This document shows, one piece after another, positions 1-8,702 of a stretch of 64,000 bases of DNA; position 1 is the stretch's first letter, and each line of letters opens with the position of its first letter. The stretch covers positions 22,163 through 86,162 of the forward strand of contig JAGVBU010000008.1 of NCBI GenBank assembly GCA_020059585.1. The letters are read 5' to 3'. This DNA is from Minisyncoccota bacterium (lineage in GTDB: Bacteria; Patescibacteriota; Minisyncoccia; UBA6257; GWB1-50-10). The position numbers were made by a program, and so were the translations under genes. The notes under the pieces are model-generated. The model made no database searches and was not told the DNA's origin. It saw only the letters and a list, made by a program, of their open reading frames with translations.

Positions 1-10
1 ATGGTTATGT

Positions 11-40
11 TGTCAAGGGATAGGTGTGGAGTTATCCACA
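11..40 (-). promoter_or_regulatory. DnaA box (TTATCCACA, 32-40) 15 bp upstream of a TTGACA -35 element (11-16, minus strand) for a gene left of the window
   Basis: Exact 9-mer consensus DnaA box and exact TTGACA on the minus strand; the -10 element would lie outside the window. Confidence 0.5.
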
Positions 41-112
41 AGGCATGGAGAAACAAGTTTCACCATCTCATAAGCACCCTCAACGCAAAAAAGTTTCTGA
101 TTTTATCTATTG

Positions 113-1594
113 TTATTTTACATCCTTCGGGGTATTCCAGAATCCAAGGCGGAATTTTCCGCCGATCATAAGACGCGTCTGCGCTTCAAGCGCCGGAACA
201 CTTCCAAAAACGATAAAAGTCACGGGCGTCAGGATCCATTGAAGGAAATAAAGTGCCGTATGTTTTTTTGTAAATCCCTTCATGTGGGGAGGGAGGAGAA
301 ACACGCTTAATACCGCCGACGTCACAATACCGATCGAAGCTATATTTACAAGCATTCCCGTGATGCGCGGAAGATTATAGGAAAATACCGTCGTGTGAAA
401 GAGATCGTCTCCGAGGATATTCGGGAGCCATCCAAAAAGAAATATAATAAACGAACTTGTGGCCCATGAATAAAATCCGTCAAAAATACGCCATATCCAA
501 AACCTCTTCACTTTCCCCGGAATATCTTTTCTTCGCCAGAACTCTTCCATAACATATGGAAAATTTTCAATCCCCCACGCCCATCGCCTTTGTTGTTTAT
601 AGAGATTCTTAAGCGCGTTCCAAAATCCCGTTCCGGTCACCGCGTCCATATAGATAGGGTAGAGAAGAGGTTCAACCTTCCAATCTCCCTTGTAATGAAG
701 CATACATTGGAAAAAAATTCGGGAATCTTCAGAAGTGACATCGGTATGCCAGTATCCTATTTCCGGAAGCGCGGCAAAAGGCATTGAATGCGAAGAAAAT
801 GTGACGAGTTGTTCGGGGCGTCCCTGCTGCATAAGCTGCCAAAACGTAGAGGTGAAACCGATAAGACGCGCAAACGGAGATACGCGATGCACATTATTCG
901 TAAAAAGAGGAATGGGCTGAAAACTCGAACGCTGCGGCTTTTCAACGGTAAGGAATTTATACGAAAGAATACCGAAATATTGATTTCCCGGGCGGGTGTC
1001 AATATCAAAGACGGATATCATTACGCGCTCATATGGAATGCGATTGGCATCTATCACTTTTTCCTTCACTTCTTTCGTCGCCCACGTCTCGTTTGATCCT
1101 TTTCCTTGTATTTCCCCCGGAAGATCCGCGGGATGAGTTGTTATGAGAAAATGCCCGAATCGGGATCCGAACTCATCCTGAATCCTTTGCGCGATTACCG
1201 CACTTGATTCTCCGCCTCGCGCTTCCGTCGCAAGAACCACGATCATTTTTTCAAGCGGATATGCCGTATTCGTCAGATCGATAAAACTCTCACGCACAAC
1301 CTCATATGGTTCCTTATACATAGGAAACATTACGATATGCCACAATTTTTCCCATTCTCCCGACTTCTCATTTTCTAGTTTCGCGCGCCAATCAATCGCG
1401 GTATTTTTCCGTAATTTCGAAAAAGAATGCTGGAGATAGAAGAAAAGGTAGATTGTCTTCAAGAGCCAGAAGAGATCAAAAAGAATTATAAAAAGGACGA
1501 CCCATATCGGAAATTTCCACGAAAAAAAGACGAGCCCAAGAAGGGTGATCCACGCACTTGCACCGGGTAATATTTCGAAAAATCTTCGCGCCAT
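113..1594 (-). CDS. Membrane-bound glycosyltransferase family 2 protein
   Basis: PMYKE, DID, SEDS and QQRRWAWG (QxxRW) motifs; N- and C-terminal transmembrane segments. Confidence 0.85.
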   Translation of the reverse strand: MARRFFEILPGASAWITLLGLVFFSWKFPIWVVLFIILFDLFWLLKTIYLFFYLQHSFSKLRKNTAIDWRAKLENEKSGEWEKLWHIVMFPMYKEPYEVVRESFIDLTNTAYPLEKMIVVLATEARGGESSAVIAQRIQDEFGSRFGHFLITTHPADLPGEIQGKGSNETWATKEVKEKVIDANRIPYERVMISVFDIDTRPGNQYFGILSYKFLTVEKPQRSSFQPIPLFTNNVHRVSPFARLIGFTSTFWQLMQQGRPEQLVTFSSHSMPFAALPEIGYWHTDVTSEDSRIFFQCMLHYKGDWKVEPLLYPIYMDAVTGTGFWNALKNLYKQQRRWAWGIENFPYVMEEFWRRKDIPGKVKRFWIWRIFDGFYSWATSSFIIFLFGWLPNILGDDLFHTTVFSYNLPRITGMLVNIASIGIVTSAVLSVFLLPPHMKGFTKKHTALYFLQWILTPVTFIVFGSVPALEAQTRLMIGGKFRLGFWNTPKDVK

Positions 1595-1647
1595 AACTCG
1601 GCGTCAGTATACGAGCACTTTTGCCGTTCGTAAACCCTTTGCTGTCG

Positions 1648-2049
1648 TTAATATAATATTATGCTGAAAAATCCATCAAAATCCGCCGCACCACCGCCAA
1701 CCGCGGCGAGTACCATAAAAGCCGCCAAGAGTACTAGATCGAACTCATATTCTTTCATACTCTTCAATCTCTTTAATTTCACGAGAATCACTAAAAACTG
1801 AATTATAAAAAGAAGGGAAATCGCTTGAGTCAAAAACCCAATCAGGATAAAGACTCCCCCTACGGTCTCGAGAATCCCCGTGATACGCGCCCAGAATATC
1901 CCCGGACGAAATCCCATCTTTGAAAAAGATTCTCCCGTCATGGATGGATTTTTTAACTTAGGAATCCCGTGATAAATCATCACCGCGGCAAGTACGATTC
2001 GGAGGATAAAAAATGCCCAATCGCTGAATACAAAAAATGGTTGAATCAT
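1648..2049 (-). CDS. DoxX family membrane protein
   Basis: LRIVLAAVMIYHGIPKL, E..GG...LIGFLT and EYEFDL patterns; four hydrophobic segments. Confidence 0.85.
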   Translation of the reverse strand: MIQPFFVFSDWAFFILRIVLAAVMIYHGIPKLKNPSMTGESFSKMGFRPGIFWARITGILETVGGVFILIGFLTQAISLLFIIQFLVILVKLKRLKSMKEYEFDLVLLAAFMVLAAVGGGAADFDGFFSIILY

Positions 2050-2073
2050 AAAGATAGTATACAGTATTGAGCG

Positions 2074-2108
2074 TTGTACTTGATACCAAGTACCAAATGC
2101 TGAATACT
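2074..2108 (+). repeat. Degenerate heptamer tandem repeat upstream of tsaD
   Basis: ttgtact-tgatacc-aagtacc-aaatgct-gaatact (period 7). Confidence 0.6.
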
Positions 2109-2114
2109 TTCCCT

Positions 2115-3158
2115 ATGAGAATACTCTCTATAGAGACATCGTGCGATGACACCGCGCTTGCGCTTATAGACGCGTCGGGGGGCATCCGTTCTCCAAAATT
2201 TAAAATATTGGAAAGCATCATATCTTCACAGATAGACACCCATCGCCCATGGGGAGGCGTCGTTCCGAATCTCGCAAAAAGAGAGCATATTGCGAACCTC
2301 CCAAAGATTTTTAAAAAAATGAATACAGGAAAAAGGAATGTTGATGCGGTCTCCGTCACCGTTGGACCAGGATTGGAACCCGCACTTTGGGCCGGAATCT
2401 CGTTTGCAAAAGAAATATACGACGAGCTGAAGAAAAAAAATCCAAAATTGAAACTGATGGGAGTGAATCATCTTGAGGGGCACCTATACAGTTTTTTGCT
2501 TTCGCAAAAAACTGAATTTCCAAATTCCAAATTCCAATTTTCGAAACAAAAATTATTCCCAGCGGTCGCACTCATCGTTTCAGGAGGGCACACCATCCTC
2601 CTAAAAATGGATTCACTCACAAAATGGAAAAAACTCGGAGAGACGCGCGATGATGCGGTTGGAGAATCATTTGATAAGGTGGCAAAAATGCTCGGTTTTC
2701 CCTATCCCGGCGGACCGGAAATCCAGCGCGCGGCGGAAAAAGGAGATCCAAAAAGTATTTCGTTCCCCCGCCCCATGATAGGGACCAAAGATTACGACTT
2801 TAGTTATTCAGGACTTAAAACCTCAGTACTCTATTATCTTCGCGACCATATACGAGCAAAAAAAACTGACGTTGCGGCAAGTTTTCAGGAAGCCGCGCTT
2901 GACGTTCTTATAAGAAAAACAGAACGCGCCGCGCTTGAGTTTAATGCAAAAAGCATCTTTCTCTCCGGCGGTGTCGCGGCAAACAAAGAACTGCGAAAAA
3001 AGCTTGGTATTATAAGCAAGAAATTGGATATTAATTTCATTGCCCCTCCCCAAAATTTCAACACCGACAACGCGGTCATGATCGGGGTTGCGACGTATAT
3101 GGGAATACTCAAGAAAAAAAAGTACGCGCTCACCGCACACGGAAACTTAAACATATAA
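2115..3158 (+). CDS. tsaD: tRNA N6-adenosine threonylcarbamoyltransferase
   Basis: ILSIETSCDDT, GGVVPNLAKREH, NHLEGH, VSGGHT, DDAVGESFDKVAKMLG, TDNAVMIG; start placed at ATG 2115 (MRILS). Confidence 0.97.
   Translation: MRILSIETSCDDTALALIDASGGIRSPKFKILESIISSQIDTHRPWGGVVPNLAKREHIANLPKIFKKMNTGKRNVDAVSVTVGPGLEPALWAGISFAKEIYDELKKKNPKLKLMGVNHLEGHLYSFLLSQKTEFPNSKFQFSKQKLFPAVALIVSGGHTILLKMDSLTKWKKLGETRDDAVGESFDKVAKMLGFPYPGGPEIQRAAEKGDPKSISFPRPMIGTKDYDFSYSGLKTSVLYYLRDHIRAKKTDVAASFQEAALDVLIRKTERAALEFNAKSIFLSGGVAANKELRKKLGIISKKLDINFIAPPQNFNTDNAVMIGVATYMGILKKKKYALTAHGNLNI
2514..2548 (+). repeat. Heptamer tandem repeat inside tsaD, in frame
   Basis: gaatttc-caaattc-caaattc-caatttt-cgaaaca, encoding EFPNSKFQFSKQ. 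Confidence 0.65.
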
Positions 3159-3242
3159 TTCAGGAATCAAACAAAGATTTGAAATTGAATTCATTAAAAG
3201 TACCCTTTATTTTCGATATAAATCAGGGGTATAATCGATGAT

Positions 3243-5435
3243 ATGGAATCAATTTCAGGCGCATACGATCCTAAAAACATCGAGGGTGTGCTCTATAAAA
3301 AATGGGAAGTGTCGGGCTATTTTAATCCCGACAATCTCTCCGAGAATGAAGGTGAAAATTATATCGCCTATATGCCTCTTCCGAATGTAACGGGAACGCT
3401 CCATATGGGACACGCGCTGAATAACACGCTTCAGGACATCCTTATTCGCTTCTATCGTATGCGCGGAAAAAAAACGCTCTGGTTTCCAGGTACTGATCAC
3501 GCGGGAATTGCCACGCAATTTGTCGTTGAAAAACAGCTCAAAAAAGAGGGTACGAGCCGATTCGCGCTTGGACGGGAAAAATTTATAGAGAAAGTGTGGG
3601 AATGGAAAAATCAGTATGGAAATATTATCTATGACCAACTGAAAAAGCTCGGGGTTTCGTGCGATTGGTCGCGGGTACGGTTCACTATGGACGACACGTA
3701 CGCGAAAGACGTGCAGAACGCATTCATTCATTATCATGAAAAAGGTTTTCTCTACAGAGGATATCGAACCGTGAATTGGTGTCCGCGGTGCGCGACAAGC
3801 CTTTCTGAACTTGAACTTGAGTATAAGGAGGAAGAATCAAAACTTTACTTTATAAAATACGGACCCTTTACGCTTGCTACTACTCGTCCTGAAACAAAAT
3901 TCGGAGATACGGGACTCGCGGTGAATCCGCGGGATGCGCGCTATAAGGAATACGTCGGAAAGGAACTTGAGATTGAATCTCTTTCTATTGAAGGGTCTCT
4001 CGACGAACCCTCAAAGAAGAAGAATATAATTATCGTCGTCGCGGATGATGCCGTTGACGTCGAATTCGGCACCGGCATAGTGAAGGTTACTCCCGCACAC
4101 GATCTTGTTGATTTTGAAATCGGATCTCGTCACAACCTTCCTCTCGTGGAAGTGATTAATGAACGGGGAGAAATGAATTCGCGGGCGGGAAAATACGCAG
4201 GAATGAAGACTGGCGATGCAAGAAGGAAGATAGTCGAAGATTTGAAGACAACGGGACTCCTTGAAAAGGAAGAGGCGTACACGCACAACGTCGCCGTGTG
4301 TTATCGGTGCGGACACGTCATTGAACCGATTCCTTCAAGGCAATGGTTCTTGAAAATGGAGGCGCTCGCGGACACCGCGCTTGATGCCGTAAAAAATGGG
4401 AAGGTAAAAATTCATCCTGAAAATTTCGAAAAGCCGTATACCGTATGGCTTGAGCATATAAAAGACTGGACGGTCTCGCGGCAAATCTGGTGGGGACACC
4501 AACTTCCTGTTTATTTTTGCAAAAATAAACAGGAAGCAAGTTCTAATTCTCAATTTCCAATTTCCAATGGAGAGCAGGAAGAAAAATACGTGGTTTCGAT
4601 GAAGAAACCCGAGAAGTGTCCGTTTTGTGAAACATGTGAAATGGAGCAATCACCCGACGTGCTTGACACGTGGTTCTCATCCGCGCTCTGGCCCTTTGCG
4701 GGACTTTCCGAATCGGATAGAAAAAAATATTATCCAGGAACAACGCTCATCACCGCGCGCGATATTTTGAATCTCTGGGTTGCACGGATGATTTATTCGG
4801 GAATCGAATTTCAAAACGAGATTCCTTTCAAAGACGTATTAATCCACGGCACTATTCTCACGAAAGACGGAAAACGAATGTCAAAAAGTCTCGGTACGGG
4901 TATAGATCCCTTAAAGTATATCGAGGCGTATGGCGCGGACGCGACTCGATTCGGAATTGTCTGGCAAGCAAACGGACAGGATATTCGATGGGACGAGACG
5001 GCAATTACCGCGGGAAAAAAGTTTTTAAACAAGTTATGGAACGCGTCGCGGTTTGTGCAAACACAAACAGAAAAAGACGACTCTCGATCGCTTAAAATAC
5101 CCGAAGCAAAAACTGATGCCGATAGAAACATACTGGCGGCGCTTGCTAAAATTACAAAAGACACGGAGACAAATCTCCGCATGTTTGAATTCAGCAAGTC
5201 AATCCGCGATCTTTATGAGTTCTTCTGGCACGACTTCTGCGATACGTATCTTGAGATATCAAAAAAGCAGCTTTCAGAATTATCCACCAAAGAAAATACT
5301 GAACACATACTCCTTTTCACACTTCGCGAAACATTGAAACTTTTTCATCCTTTCGTCCCGTTTATCACCGAAGAAATATATGGACGATTTTCATTTGACC
5401 AAAAAAAGGAATTCCTTATGGTAGAACGCGCATAG
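3243..5435 (+). CDS. valS: Valine--tRNA ligase, lacking the C-terminal coiled-coil arm
   Basis: PNVTGTLHMGH (HIGH), GTDHAGIATQ, SRQIWWGH, DVLDTWFSSALWPF, RMSKS (KMSKS); 730 aa. Confidence 0.97.
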   Translation: MESISGAYDPKNIEGVLYKKWEVSGYFNPDNLSENEGENYIAYMPLPNVTGTLHMGHALNNTLQDILIRFYRMRGKKTLWFPGTDHAGIATQFVVEKQLKKEGTSRFALGREKFIEKVWEWKNQYGNIIYDQLKKLGVSCDWSRVRFTMDDTYAKDVQNAFIHYHEKGFLYRGYRTVNWCPRCATSLSELELEYKEEESKLYFIKYGPFTLATTRPETKFGDTGLAVNPRDARYKEYVGKELEIESLSIEGSLDEPSKKKNIIIVVADDAVDVEFGTGIVKVTPAHDLVDFEIGSRHNLPLVEVINERGEMNSRAGKYAGMKTGDARRKIVEDLKTTGLLEKEEAYTHNVAVCYRCGHVIEPIPSRQWFLKMEALADTALDAVKNGKVKIHPENFEKPYTVWLEHIKDWTVSRQIWWGHQLPVYFCKNKQEASSNSQFPISNGEQEEKYVVSMKKPEKCPFCETCEMEQSPDVLDTWFSSALWPFAGLSESDRKKYYPGTTLITARDILNLWVARMIYSGIEFQNEIPFKDVLIHGTILTKDGKRMSKSLGTGIDPLKYIEAYGADATRFGIVWQANGQDIRWDETAITAGKKFLNKLWNASRFVQTQTEKDDSRSLKIPEAKTDADRNILAALAKITKDTETNLRMFEFSKSIRDLYEFFWHDFCDTYLEISKKQLSELSTKENTEHILLFTLRETLKLFHPFVPFITEEIYGRFSFDQKKEFLMVERA
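4537..4568 (+). repeat. Heptamer tandem repeat inside valS, in frame
   Basis: caagttc-taattct-caatttc-caatttc-caat, encoding SSNSQFPISN. Confidence 0.65.
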
Positions 5436-5459
5436 GAGCTCCTGTATAATAGGAAGTGC

Positions 5460-6170
5460 ATGAATATTCTCTCTCTCGTTCTCGCAATTGTTGCCGCGTG
5501 CATTCCAGGAATCATATGGTTCGCTTTTTTTTCGAAGAAAGACACGAACCCCGAACCGAAACGGCTCATTGTTTATACATTCAGCGCGGGGGTTTTCATC
5601 AGCATCTTCGTACTCATCGTCCAATATTTCTTCCAATCATTCATTCCCATACCCGCGCAATGGGTTCTTCTATCAATAATAGGACTCGCGTTCATAGAAG
5701 AGTTTTTTAAATTCCTTGCAGCATATTGGGCGGTACGGAAAGATCGCGCATTCGACGAACTCGTTGACGCGATGATTTATATGATCGCCGCGGCGCTTGG
5801 CTTTGCAACCGTCGAGAATATTTTTGTCATAGCGAATTCTCTTTGGAGCATTACCGCATCTCCCATAGAAACCGTCCTTGAAACGACTGCTCTTCGCCTC
5901 ATTGGCGCGACACTCCTTCACACTCTTTCTTCCGCAATCATAGGATATTATTGGGCAAAAGGAATCCTTCGAAGAAAAGAAAAAAGATTTGCCACATGGG
6001 GAATCCTTATCGGCACCGCGGTACACGTTGCGTTCAATTACCTTATACTCACCTTTCAAAATAAAAATCTCCTTATATACCCAAGTCTATTTCTTGTGGT
6101 CATCGCGTTCTTTGTGCTTATAGAATTTGACCGATTAAAAGAATTCCGCGCGCGAGCGGGAGAAAAATAA
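5460..6170 (+). CDS. PrsW family intramembrane metalloprotease
   Basis: EEFFK, GFATVEN, LLH and HVAFN motifs; multiple transmembrane segments. Confidence 0.92.
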   Translation: MNILSLVLAIVAACIPGIIWFAFFSKKDTNPEPKRLIVYTFSAGVFISIFVLIVQYFFQSFIPIPAQWVLLSIIGLAFIEEFFKFLAAYWAVRKDRAFDELVDAMIYMIAAALGFATVENIFVIANSLWSITASPIETVLETTALRLIGATLLHTLSSAIIGYYWAKGILRRKEKRFATWGILIGTAVHVAFNYLILTFQNKNLLIYPSLFLVVIAFFVLIEFDRLKEFRARAGEK

Positions 6171-6193
6171 CGCATATGCTATACTGAACACAT

Positions 6194-6649
6194 ATGGATG
6201 ATTCTAAAAAAGATTCCCGCAATATTTTTATGGAACTGGCAAAGGTGCGAACCCAACCAACCCCCATTAGCGTTGATTCCGAGGAAATTTCAAGCGCGCT
6301 TGATATTGATGACGAAATGGAGGGGCAGCTTACTGTGGATGTGTATCAAGATAAAGATAACATCGTTGTACAATCTACCGTTGCCGGCGTTGAACCGGAT
6401 GATCTCGAAATTAACATTACGAACGAATCAATCACTATACACGGACGCCGTGAGAGAAAAGAAACAATCGAAGAAAAAGATTACTTTTATCAGGAGTGTT
6501 TCTGGGGACGTTTTTCAAGATCTATTATTCTTCCCGCGGAGGTGGATTCAGAACGGTCCGTCGCATCGCTAAAAAACGGAGTTCTTACGGTAAAAATGCC
6601 GAAACTCGAACGACGAAAAGCAAAAAAACTCAAGGTAAAAATAGACTAA
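6194..6649 (+). CDS. Hsp20/alpha-crystallin small heat-shock protein
   Basis: VDVYQD, AGVEPDDLEI, ECFWGRFSRSIILP, ASLKNGVLTVKMPK. Confidence 0.95.
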   Translation: MDDSKKDSRNIFMELAKVRTQPTPISVDSEEISSALDIDDEMEGQLTVDVYQDKDNIVVQSTVAGVEPDDLEINITNESITIHGRRERKETIEEKDYFYQECFWGRFSRSIILPAEVDSERSVASLKNGVLTVKMPKLERRKAKKLKVKID

Positions 6650-6679
6650 AAAACCTCCGCGTAACGCGGAGGTTTTTTT
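6648..6679. terminator. Bidirectional intrinsic terminator between the Hsp20 gene and murD
   Basis: aaaaaa-cctccgcg-taa-cgcggagg-ttttttt between convergent genes. Confidence 0.9.
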
Positions 6680-8117
6680 ATTTTTCCCCGAATATTTTTT
6701 GTACAAGCGCGTTGAATTTCTCGCCACGATCGAATTCATTTTTAAATTTCTCGAAACTCGCCGCTCCGGGACTGAATACTACTGTTGAGAAAAAATCTCG
6801 TCGCATCATTCTTTTTTCCACCGCGCGCATCACTCCACGCAAATCACTGAATATCGCGGGGCGATTTTTTTCGAAGTATCTCATCTTATTGAGTGCGTGG
6901 ATCATTTTTTTTGTCGCGCTTCCTCCAAGAAAGAATAGATTTTCGGGAGGAACATTTTTCTTCACGTGCTTTGCCCATTCTTTATATTCAAGATTCTTGT
7001 CGGTTCCGCCTGTAATAAAGATTGTCTGAAAACTTCCAAAACGATTAATCGCGGCAATCGCTCCTTCGGGAGAGGTTGCCGTCGTATCGTTTACTACCGT
7101 GATACCATTTTTTTTAAAAACAATTTCTTGGCGATATTGTATTGCGGGAAGATTTTCCGCGCGAGTCGCAATGTCTTTCCACGTAATTCCCGCGTGATAA
7201 GCGGCAAGTGCCGCGCAAAGAAAATTATACATATTATGATCTCCTCGCCTATGTATCATATCGACAATACTCGGCGAAAAAACCATTTTCTTTTTTCCAC
7301 GTTCAAAAAAGAATACTCCTCGTGAACTTACAGAAAGTCCATTACGCATATTTTGTCCTTCCTTCGAAATAAAGTATATTCGGCTTTTCGGCTTTGTCTT
7401 GAGAAAATACGTGGTCCATGCGTTATCCTTATTTAAAATCAGTATCTGCCTTGAGGTCTGATACTTGAATATATTTGCCTTCGCGCGCGCATATTCGCGC
7501 ATTGAACCGTGACGATTTAGGTGATCTCGAAAAAGATTCGTAATAATCGCAATATCAGGAGTTCTTTTTGTGTTTTCAGCACATTCAAGTTGAAAAGAGG
7601 AAAGTTCAAGGATCGCGGGGATTTTTTTCTTTTTTTCGATACGCGGAAGAAGTTCTAGAAGCGCGTCGCGTGATGAATTTCCGCTCGCTTTCACTCCTGT
7701 ATATTTTCCAGAGAGAAAATGCGCGATCCAATTTGTTGTAGTCGTCTTTCCACGTGTTCCCGTAACCGCAATGACTGGATTTTTCACTTCATTCAAGAAA
7801 ATACCAAGATCATTAATAATTGGAATTCCTTTTTTCTTCGCGCGCGCGAGGAACGCGTTCCCGCGAATACGGACCGCGGGATTCACCACGACGCCATCGT
7901 GTGAAACGAAATCTTCTTTTTCATGTCTCCCGAACACGAAACGTATCTTCCTCCCCCTCAACCCGATTGCTTTGACGGAATCTTTTAAAAGCTCTCTCGT
8001 CCGAAGGTCAGTCACGGTAACCTGCGCGCCGCGCGCGAGAAGCCATCGCACGGTCGCGATCCCACCGCCAAGCGTGCCTAATCCCACCACGAGAATTTTT
8101 TTATTCTTGAAATTCAT
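6678..8117 (-). CDS. murD: UDP-N-acetylmuramoyl-L-alanine--D-glutamate ligase
   Basis: ILVVGLG, AVTGTRGKTTT, LELSSFQLE, DHLNRH, NDTTATSP, FSPGAASF..FKNEFDRGEKF. Confidence 0.93.
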   Translation of the reverse strand: MNFKNKKILVVGLGTLGGGIATVRWLLARGAQVTVTDLRTRELLKDSVKAIGLRGRKIRFVFGRHEKEDFVSHDGVVVNPAVRIRGNAFLARAKKKGIPIINDLGIFLNEVKNPVIAVTGTRGKTTTTNWIAHFLSGKYTGVKASGNSSRDALLELLPRIEKKKKIPAILELSSFQLECAENTKRTPDIAIITNLFRDHLNRHGSMREYARAKANIFKYQTSRQILILNKDNAWTTYFLKTKPKSRIYFISKEGQNMRNGLSVSSRGVFFFERGKKKMVFSPSIVDMIHRRGDHNMYNFLCAALAAYHAGITWKDIATRAENLPAIQYRQEIVFKKNGITVVNDTTATSPEGAIAAINRFGSFQTIFITGGTDKNLEYKEWAKHVKKNVPPENLFFLGGSATKKMIHALNKMRYFEKNRPAIFSDLRGVMRAVEKRMMRRDFFSTVVFSPGAASFEKFKNEFDRGEKFNALVQKIFGEK

Positions 8118-8128
8118 CTCCTGAAAGG

Positions 8129-8608
8129 TTACCAGATCTTCTTTATGAGAAGTTTTTTTTCTTTCTGCCCTATCTTAAATGATGTTTTCTCTCCTTCCTT
8201 TTTCCCAAGGAGCGCTTTGCCGATAGGCGTATCGGGAGTGATGCTCATATACGAATCGAGCGTCTCATCGTCCCACGCTTCGATGCCCGAACCCCCAGGG
8301 AGCACGATATATCTCTTTTCAATTCCCGAATCTTCGACAAGTACGCACGCTCCTAAATTTATATCGGAAGCCCTTTCGGGAAGTGCTACATTCTTTATTG
8401 CCTCAGATTGAATTTTTTTCTGCTGTATCATTGTCCCGATGTTTCCCTCTGATACCTTATTTTGAAATTTCGAGGTATCGCTATGGGATTGCATTGCTCC
8501 AGGAGCCTCAACACTTGCTTCGTGCGCCGAAGACGCGCTTTCCTCAAGTTCCACAATTTCTTTTTCTAATTTTTCCAATATTTTTCTTATAAGATTTTCT
8601 TTATTCAT
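8129..8608 (-). CDS. GreA/GreB family transcription elongation factor-like protein
   Basis: N-terminal coiled coil; C-terminal ITPDTPIGKALLGKKEGE motif. Confidence 0.8.
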   Translation of the reverse strand: MNKENLIRKILEKLEKEIVELEESASSAHEASVEAPGAMQSHSDTSKFQNKVSEGNIGTMIQQKKIQSEAIKNVALPERASDINLGACVLVEDSGIEKRYIVLPGGSGIEAWDDETLDSYMSITPDTPIGKALLGKKEGEKTSFKIGQKEKKLLIKKIW

Positions 8609-8660
8609 ACATCACAAAGATACCATATCCGTCAAAAAAAACATCCGCGCGCTCCATATT

Positions 8661-8687
8661 AAAACCCGGCCCATAAGGCCGGGTTTT
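8661..8687 (-). terminator. Intrinsic terminator downstream of hppA
   Basis: aaaacccggcc-cataa-ggccgggtttt. Confidence 0.8.
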
Positions 8688-8702
8688 CGGAAAAAATCAA
8701 TT

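Noticed and set aside
2074-4568. Heptamer repeats as part of a diversity-generating retroelement or phase-variation tract
   Set aside because: No reverse transcriptase or template/variable repeat pair seen; units are degenerate and lie in essential genes where slippage would frameshift.
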